Program-made: the position numbers and the translations under genes
Part shown: positions 58,046-64,000 of the stretch, piece after piece
How positions within the stretch are numbered: the first letter of the stretch is position 1
Layout of the letters: each line of letters starts with the position of its first letter
The notes under the pieces: model-generated
What the model saw: only the letters and a program-made list of their open reading frames with translations
Database searches by the model: none
What the model was told of the DNA's origin: nothing
From: a candidate division FCPU426 bacterium
Lineage (GTDB): Bacteria; Oederibacteriota; Muellerivitia; Muellerivitales; Muellerivitaceae
Length of the DNA stretch: 64,000 bases
Assembly: GCA_963719085.1 (NCBI GenBank)
Contig: CAVRAL010000001.1
Coordinates: forward strand, 128,001 to 192,000
Reading direction: 5' to 3'

Positions 58046-59326
58046 TCAGGGAGGTTCGGGAAATCCGGACGGGCCCGGGGTTTGGGCGTGATAGGCCATC
58101 CCATAGTCGCCCTGAGGGTCGCCGTTGTTGACATGGATATAGCCTAGGAACGAGAGGGAAAGCAGTAATTGGGCGATCCAAACCGTCATGAGGGCCTTGG
58201 CGCCCCAGGGCCCGCGCCGCAGCCCCAGGCTTGAAAACCACACCCACTCCATCGGGAAAGTCACGATCAGATAGTGCCTGAAAATTTTAAAGCAGGCCAA
58301 GGTCATCAAGATTCCCGCTCCCCAGAAGGAAACTCGAATCGCTTCCCGGGTTTCAGGCCCCTGCGCCGATGGAGAGACGCGGTCTTTTTGGCTCCCCTGA
58401 AAAACGATCGAGCCCAGGATGAAGAGGATCAAAAGATGCAGGGCCGCTACCAGATAGGTGCCGTGGCCCGCCACCAGGGGATAGCGCATGAAATCCAGAT
58501 ACTCGGGCAATTTCAAGCTGTAATTCAGGCCCAGTCCCAGGGAGTCCGAGATCCAGAAAAACCAATAACGCGGGTCCAAGGGCCATAAAAGATACAGCCA
58601 ATTGAATCCATTCCCGGGATGCGCGGTTACCACATAGTGCGCCCAGTAGACAAGAGGAATGCCTCCTAAGCAGGTGCCCGCGGCCCAGGACCCCCACTTC
58701 ACTTCCCGATCCTTAACGAATGTCCAAAGGAACACGCCCCCGGCGAAGAAAAAACCCGACATGTGGACTTGGCCCAGGCAGGCTCCCAGCAGTCCCCAAA
58801 AGAAGGCTCCCGGCCTTTTATGCCGGAAATACCAAGCGATCCAAAAGAGGATGCCGAAGAAGGGAAGGGTGCTTTGCGCCCAGATCTTCCGTTGAAAGAG
58901 GACGGCGAATGGATTGACCGCCGCCAAGACGGTGGCCCACCGCCAGGGCTCCCTTTCAGCCGGGGGTAAAATTTTGAAGGCGAAGAGCGCTAAGGCCAAG
59001 AGGCCCAGAGTGTCCAGGCATTGCACGGCCCGGGCCAGCTCCTGCGGGGTCTTGACCCGAAAGGCCTCCGATAGCCAGTCAAATATCCAAACGCTCATTC
59101 CGGGGTTCCGGATTCCGATTCCCGAGCCCATACCCAAGAGCGGAAGCACCGGGTTCTTGAGGAAGGCTTGGCCGGTCTGGAACATGAAACGCTCGTCGCC
59201 CTTGTATTCGATGTCGTTGGGAAAGCCGAAGCGCAGCGCCAAACCCGCCAAAAGGGCCAGTGCCAGGAAAAAGCCCCAGGTCTTTTCGTTGGGGACCAGG
59301 AGCCCCTCTTTTTTCGCGTGTTCCAT
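58046..59326 (-). CDS. GT-C-like polytopic membrane protein
   Basis: LRF...IEYKGDE first loop; multiple TM segments. Confidence 0.6.
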   Translation of the reverse strand: MEHAKKEGLLVPNEKTWGFFLALALLAGLALRFGFPNDIEYKGDERFMFQTGQAFLKNPVLPLLGMGSGIGIRNPGMSVWIFDWLSEAFRVKTPQELARAVQCLDTLGLLALALFAFKILPPAEREPWRWATVLAAVNPFAVLFQRKIWAQSTLPFFGILFWIAWYFRHKRPGAFFWGLLGACLGQVHMSGFFFAGGVFLWTFVKDREVKWGSWAAGTCLGGIPLVYWAHYVVTAHPGNGFNWLYLLWPLDPRYWFFWISDSLGLGLNYSLKLPEYLDFMRYPLVAGHGTYLVAALHLLILFILGSIVFQGSQKDRVSPSAQGPETREAIRVSFWGAGILMTLACFKIFRHYLIVTFPMEWVWFSSLGLRRGPWGAKALMTVWIAQLLLSLSFLGYIHVNNGDPQGDYGMAYHAQTPGPSGFPEPP

Positions 59327-60423
59327 CAGTGGCTGAACAGGTGCAATTGGGCGGTGCCGTCCAATGAGATTTGGGCTTCAATACCATCCCGGTTCACGTG
59401 AGCCTCCAAAACCCGAAAGGAGTCCACGTGGGTCACGAGCCGGCTGTGTTTTCCCACCTGGCAATTTAAGACGATGTTCATCCGTTCCTTTAATTTATCC
59501 AGTTCGGACCCGATGGGAATATGCGCTTTTTTGCGCAGCGCGTTCAAGATGTCCGATTTGAAAATCCAGCTGGCCACCTCCGTGATAAAGTCCCCGGTCT
59601 TCACGTCGAAATCCAGGCGCTTCAAGTAAAACAGTTCCTCCGTGGGTTCGTATTCGGGCGTTCCCCGGAAATAAATGGTCATGAGGGAAGGTTTGCCACT
59701 GAAATTGATGGGCGGATTGAATTGAATCTTGGTTTCGGCGATGACTTGGCCTCCGGAGCCGTAAAGCCGCACTCCCCTTACCCGCAAGTGGTAGCTGCCG
59801 CTGCCCCGGATGGGATAGTTCACCAAACCGTCCTTGGGATCGGCCAAAATCCGGTTGGCTTCCTTGAAACTAATGGCGGTATTGCTGATCGCGTGGAAGC
59901 CGCTGGGCCCGGGTGTATAGGCGCTTAAAGGCGGCAAGAGCCTTTTGACGATAGCGGGCTTCTGCCCGAACAGCAGAATCGGGTGCGACGTCATCTCCAA
60001 AACCACTTTCCAGGTGAAAGGATTTTTTTTATCCGGTTCGGTGACGCCCGTGCTGAGGGTTTCAGGCCTTATCAAAAGCCAAATGTTTTTATCGATGAAA
60101 ATAGGATCCTGCAGGGTGTCCCAAAGGTTGGGGATGCCGGACAGGGGTGATTTCTTGGCGACGATCCCGCCCGGCATTTGGGCGGCTTCGCCTATTTCGC
60201 GCAGGTTTTTGTCGATCCAGGCGAAAAAGTCCTTGGAAAGATAGCCGAGCTTCGGAACCGAGACTTGGACCGGTAAGCGGATGACGGCGGGCGGCGGCGG
60301 GGCGAAGGTCCTAACGGCCGCGTCCGACGGCGGGATGTAAAGCGACGGTGTCATGGTCGCGCAGCCGCAAAAGCTGAGACCAACCAGAAACAGTAGGAAT
60401 GGAGAAAGGAGCCGTTGTTTCAC
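59326..60423 (-). CDS. putative lipoprotein, DUF4403-like
   Basis: Lipobox-like FCGC; W..LQDPI..D..IWL..RP; G.IYF.GTP.Y; start inferred at GTG 60423. Confidence 0.55.
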   Translation of the reverse strand: MKQRLLSPFLLFLVGLSFCGCATMTPSLYIPPSDAAVRTFAPPPPAVIRLPVQVSVPKLGYLSKDFFAWIDKNLREIGEAAQMPGGIVAKKSPLSGIPNLWDTLQDPIFIDKNIWLLIRPETLSTGVTEPDKKNPFTWKVVLEMTSHPILLFGQKPAIVKRLLPPLSAYTPGPSGFHAISNTAISFKEANRILADPKDGLVNYPIRGSGSYHLRVRGVRLYGSGGQVIAETKIQFNPPINFSGKPSLMTIYFRGTPEYEPTEELFYLKRLDFDVKTGDFITEVASWIFKSDILNALRKKAHIPIGSELDKLKERMNIVLNCQVGKHSRLVTHVDSFRVLEAHVNRDGIEAQISLDGTAQLHLFSH

Positions 60424-60568
60424 GCTTTTACTATAAATCCAATACCTAGGACTTGTGGGCGAAAATATTGAGCTTTTCACCCGCTTCTGGCAAGATAAGC
60501 GGCCCACGGGTTGAACCCCGGGTGGTGAGCCGGTTTATTTATTCTTGAAAGCATTTTAAGGAAAAAAC

Positions 60569-60853
60569 GTGTCCTTATCCGAAAAAGACGTCCAATATGT
60601 CGCCAAGCTGGCGCGGCTTGAGATCACCGAGGCCGAAACGGCCAAATACACCGAGCAATTGGGAAACATTCTTCAATATGTTGAGCAGTTGAATCAGCTC
60701 GACACGGCCAATGTGGAACCCTTGACCCATCCTTTGGATATGAAAAACGTGTTTCGGCCCGATGTGAATGAGCCTTCCTTAACTCAAAAAGAAGTGTTGT
60801 CCAACGGGCCCGAAGTCCAGGCGGGGCATTTTAAGGTTCCAAAAATCATGTAA
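60569..60853 (+). CDS. gatC: Asp/Glu-tRNA amidotransferase subunit C
   Basis: V..VAKLARL, IL.YV.QL..LDT..VEP, F.VPKI. Confidence 0.95.
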   Translation: MSLSEKDVQYVAKLARLEITEAETAKYTEQLGNILQYVEQLNQLDTANVEPLTHPLDMKNVFRPDVNEPSLTQKEVLSNGPEVQAGHFKVPKIM

Positions 60854-60947
60854 TGAAGTGGGTATAAAGATTTTTGGAACCCCGAGCCAAGTCGAGGGGT
60901 CTCGACGTCATGTGATATTGCCTCTAACTTTTAATGGAAATGGATTA

Positions 60948-62414
60948 ATGGAACTTCACCAAAAAACAATCCACGAAATCTCGGCGGACCTGAAAGCCAA
61001 AAAGCTTTCATCGGTCGAGCTGACGAAGACGGTCTTGGCGCGCCTGGAAAAGGTCGAGCCCAAGGTTCAATCCTTCATCACCCGTACGCCCGACGAAGCC
61101 CTGGCGCAAGCCGCGGAAGCGGATAAGCGGCTGGCTTCAGGTGGGCGAATCGGCCCGCTCACCGGGGTTCCGATCGCTTTGAAGGACCTTCTTTGCACCA
61201 AAGGGGTTCGGACCACTTGCGGGTCCAAGATGCTGGAAAATTTCAAACCGCCTTATAACGCCACCGTGGTGGAACGCTTGAGCGCCGCCGGAGCCGTGTC
61301 GGTGGGGAAGACCAACATGGACGAGTTCGCCATGGGTTCTTCCACCGAAACCTCGGCTTACCAGAAAACCAAAAATCCTTGGAACCTGTCCTGCGTGCCG
61401 GGCGGTTCCTCAGGCGGCTCCGCCACCAGCGTTTCAGCCGACCAGGCTTTCGCGTCGCTGGGCTCGGATACCGGCGGCTCCATCCGCCAGCCGGCGGCTT
61501 TGTGCGGCATCGTGGGGCTCAAACCCACCTATGGCCGGGTTTCCCGTTACGGCCTTATCGCGTTCGCCTCGTCGCTGGATCAAATCGGCCCCTTCACGAA
61601 AGACGTGGAAGATTGCGCGCTGATGCTGGGCGCCATCGCGGGGCACGACCGGAAAGACTCCACCTCGGCCCAGGTGGCCGTGCCCGATTACGTCTCCGAT
61701 ATGAAAAAATCGATCAAGGGTCTGAAGGTCGGTATCCCGAAAGAATTTTTCCCTGAAGGGCTTAATCCCGAAGTGGCCGAGGCGGTCAAAAAGGCCATCG
61801 CGGAACTTGAAAAGCAAGGCGCTGAAATCCACGAAGTGTCCCTGCCGGCGTCGCCCTATGGTTTGGCCGCTTATTATGTGCTGGCGCCCTCGGAAGCTTC
61901 TTCCAACTTGGCCCGCTACGATGGGGTTCGTTATGGCCTGCGGGTGCCGGGCGAGAATATCGTGGAGATGTACTCCAAGACCCGGGCCGCCGGTTTCGGC
62001 GCCGAGGTCAAACGCCGCATCATGCTGGGCACCTACGCGCTTTCGTCGGGCTATTATGACGCTTACTATTTAAAAGCCCTGAAGGTGCGCCGTTTAATTA
62101 AGCGGGACTACGACAAGGCCTTTGAAAAGGTCGATGTCATCGCCACCCCCACCGCGCCGAATCCGGCTTTTAAGTTTGGCGAAAAAACGGGAGATCCCTT
62201 GGCCATGTATCTGGAGGATATTTTCACGGTATCGATCAATATCACGGGCATGCCCGGGATTTCAGTGCCTTGCGGATTATCCAAGTCGGGTCTTCCCATC
62301 GGCCTGCAGTTGATCGGCAAGGCTTTTGATGAGTCCACCTTGCTCCGTACGGCTTACGCCTATGAGCAAGCCACCGAATGGCACAAGCAGAAGCCGACAC
62401 TAAAGGAAAGTTAG
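60948..62414 (+). CDS. gatA: Asp/Glu-tRNA amidotransferase subunit A
   Basis: [44 protein letters not shown]. Confidence 0.97.
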   Translation: MELHQKTIHEISADLKAKKLSSVELTKTVLARLEKVEPKVQSFITRTPDEALAQAAEADKRLASGGRIGPLTGVPIALKDLLCTKGVRTTCGSKMLENFKPPYNATVVERLSAAGAVSVGKTNMDEFAMGSSTETSAYQKTKNPWNLSCVPGGSSGGSATSVSADQAFASLGSDTGGSIRQPAALCGIVGLKPTYGRVSRYGLIAFASSLDQIGPFTKDVEDCALMLGAIAGHDRKDSTSAQVAVPDYVSDMKKSIKGLKVGIPKEFFPEGLNPEVAEAVKKAIAELEKQGAEIHEVSLPASPYGLAAYYVLAPSEASSNLARYDGVRYGLRVPGENIVEMYSKTRAAGFGAEVKRRIMLGTYALSSGYYDAYYLKALKVRRLIKRDYDKAFEKVDVIATPTAPNPAFKFGEKTGDPLAMYLEDIFTVSINITGMPGISVPCGLSKSGLPIGLQLIGKAFDESTLLRTAYAYEQATEWHKQKPTLKES

Positions 62415-62472
62415 GAATTAGGAGTTAGGAGTGGGTAGTTGACTCCTGACTTCGAACTCCTCACTACTAACT
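62409..62472. repeat. inverted heptamer repeat between gatA and gatB
   Basis: TTAGGAA TTAGGAG TTAGGAG TGGGTAG, then ACTCCTG ACTTCGA ACTCCTC ACTACTA ACT. Confidence 0.7.
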
Positions 62473-62483
62473 GGAGATTTTTC

Positions 62484-63935
62484 ATGGAGTACGAGCCAGT
62501 CATCGGATTAGAAGTCCACTGCGAACTCAAAACCGCCACCAAGCTTTTTTGCGGCTGTTCCACTGTGTTCGGCAACGAAGCCAATACCCAGGTTTGTCCC
62601 GTCTGTTTAGGACTGCCCGGCACGCTACCGGTGATGAATGAGAAAGCCGTGGAGTACGCGGTCAAGATCGGCCTGGCCTTGAATTGCTCGATCGCCAAAT
62701 ATTCCAAGATGGACCGCAAAAACTATTACTATCCGGACCTGCCCAAGGCCTACCAGATTTCCCAATATGACAAGCCCCTCAACTACGGCGGTCATTTGGA
62801 TATTGTGACCAAAGATGGAGTCAAGCGGATCGGCGTGACCCGGGCGCACTTAGAAGAAGACGCCGGGAAACTTGTGCATCAAGGCGGGAAGGCTGGACGG
62901 CTCGATTCTTCCGATTATTCCTTAGCCGACTACAATCGGGGCGGGATTCCTTTGGTGGAAATTGTGTCGGAGCCCGACATCCGCAGCGCCGACGAGGCCC
63001 ACGCTTATCTGACGGCTTTAAGGAATATCCTGCTTTATATCGGCGTGTCCGATTGCAATATGGAAGAGGGCTCTTTGCGCTGTGACGCCAACGTTTCCGT
63101 GCGTCCCGTGGGAACGGAAAAATTCGGAACCCGCACCGAAATTAAAAATATGAACAGCTTCAAGTTCGCCAAGCAAGCCATTGAATATGAGATCAAGCGC
63201 CAGTCGGCTCTGCTGGATAAAGGCGAAAGGGTTGTGCAAGAATCCCGTCTTTGGGATGTGACCGAGAACAAAACTAAAACCATGCGTTCCAAAGAGGAAG
63301 CCCACGATTACCGCTATTTCCCTGAGCCGGATTTAATTCCGATCATCCTGGGCGAGGATTATGTCCAAACGATCCGCAAAAACCTGCCCGAATTGCCCGC
63401 GGCCAAGCAGGCCCGGTTTGTTTCCCAATACGGGCTTACGCCTTATGACGCGGGTGTTTTGACCGCCGGACAGGAATTGGCGGATTGGTATGAGGCGGGA
63501 GCCAAGCATACCAAGAGCCCCAAAGGATTGGCCAACTGGGTCATGGGTGATATGGCGGCCCAGATGAAAGAACAGGAAAAAGAGCTCCAAGACCTGAAGT
63601 TTGACCAAAAGAAACTTTGTGAATTAGTCGATCTTTTGGAAGAGGGGACCATCAACAGCAAACAGGGCAAGGAAGTTTTCCTGGAGCTTTTCAACAATGG
63701 GGCCTCGCCGGCCGAGGTGGTAAAATCAAAAGGCATGGCTCAGGTTTCCGACCCCAAGGCCATTGAAACGGCCGTGGATAAGGTTTTGGCCGAAAACCCC
63801 AATGTGGTGGCCGACTATAAGGGCGGCAAACAGGGTGTCATCGGCTTTTTGGTCGGCAAGGTCATGCAGGCCAGCCAGGGCAAGGCCAATCCCAAATTGG
63901 TCAATGAAGTTTTAAAAAAGAAACTGGACGCTTAA
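62484..63935 (+). CDS. gatB: Asp/Glu-tRNA amidotransferase subunit B
   Basis: IGLEVH, CLGLPG, YPDLPK.YQISQ, HLEEDAGK, RCDANVS, DYRYFPEPDL. Confidence 0.97.
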   Translation: MEYEPVIGLEVHCELKTATKLFCGCSTVFGNEANTQVCPVCLGLPGTLPVMNEKAVEYAVKIGLALNCSIAKYSKMDRKNYYYPDLPKAYQISQYDKPLNYGGHLDIVTKDGVKRIGVTRAHLEEDAGKLVHQGGKAGRLDSSDYSLADYNRGGIPLVEIVSEPDIRSADEAHAYLTALRNILLYIGVSDCNMEEGSLRCDANVSVRPVGTEKFGTRTEIKNMNSFKFAKQAIEYEIKRQSALLDKGERVVQESRLWDVTENKTKTMRSKEEAHDYRYFPEPDLIPIILGEDYVQTIRKNLPELPAAKQARFVSQYGLTPYDAGVLTAGQELADWYEAGAKHTKSPKGLANWVMGDMAAQMKEQEKELQDLKFDQKKLCELVDLLEEGTINSKQGKEVFLELFNNGASPAEVVKSKGMAQVSDPKAIETAVDKVLAENPNVVADYKGGKQGVIGFLVGKVMQASQGKANPKLVNEVLKKKLDA

Positions 63936-64000
63936 AAGGGAGTCGCTTTTGCCCGTATCCTTCGGTCCCTCCGATGTCAAAAATCCTCGCAGTTACTTCT

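Noticed and set aside
1..64000. tRNA/rRNA genes
   Set aside because: No T-loop/cloverleaf or rRNA signature was seen in any intergenic gap by eye; not verified with tRNAscan or barrnap.

Overview
Moderately GC-rich bacterial chromosome segment with almost all genes on the + strand. In order: the end of the alpha ribosomal operon (infA-rpmJ-rpsM-rpsK-rpsD-rpoA-rplQ); cardiolipin synthase; secreted and membrane proteins; glycogen debranching enzyme; a divergent pair of transglutaminase-like fusion genes; and an ilvBNC-psd-pssA-leuA-leuB-asd-tpx-truA block preceded by an unannotated Leu/Val-rich leader peptide and attenuator. These are followed by a futalosine-type menaquinone cluster, queF, a probably frameshifted speE, rplM-rpsI, pcrA/uvrD and gatCAB. 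The main accessory element is a complete 3.8 kb IS1595-family transposon (46837-50641; 27-bp terminal inverted repeats, 8-bp target duplication CTATTTCT) inserted just upstream of the rplM promoter. Its cargo includes a degenerate ImmA/IrrE-like gene, an XRE HTH gene, a lipoprotein, a stand-alone Cas2-like gene and several small ORFs, and it has a multi-stem structure ahead of the transposase. Intergenic spacers contain several families of REP-like, periodic inverted repeats. No rRNA, tRNA or CRISPR array was seen. All family calls come from recognising motifs by eye, not from database searches.
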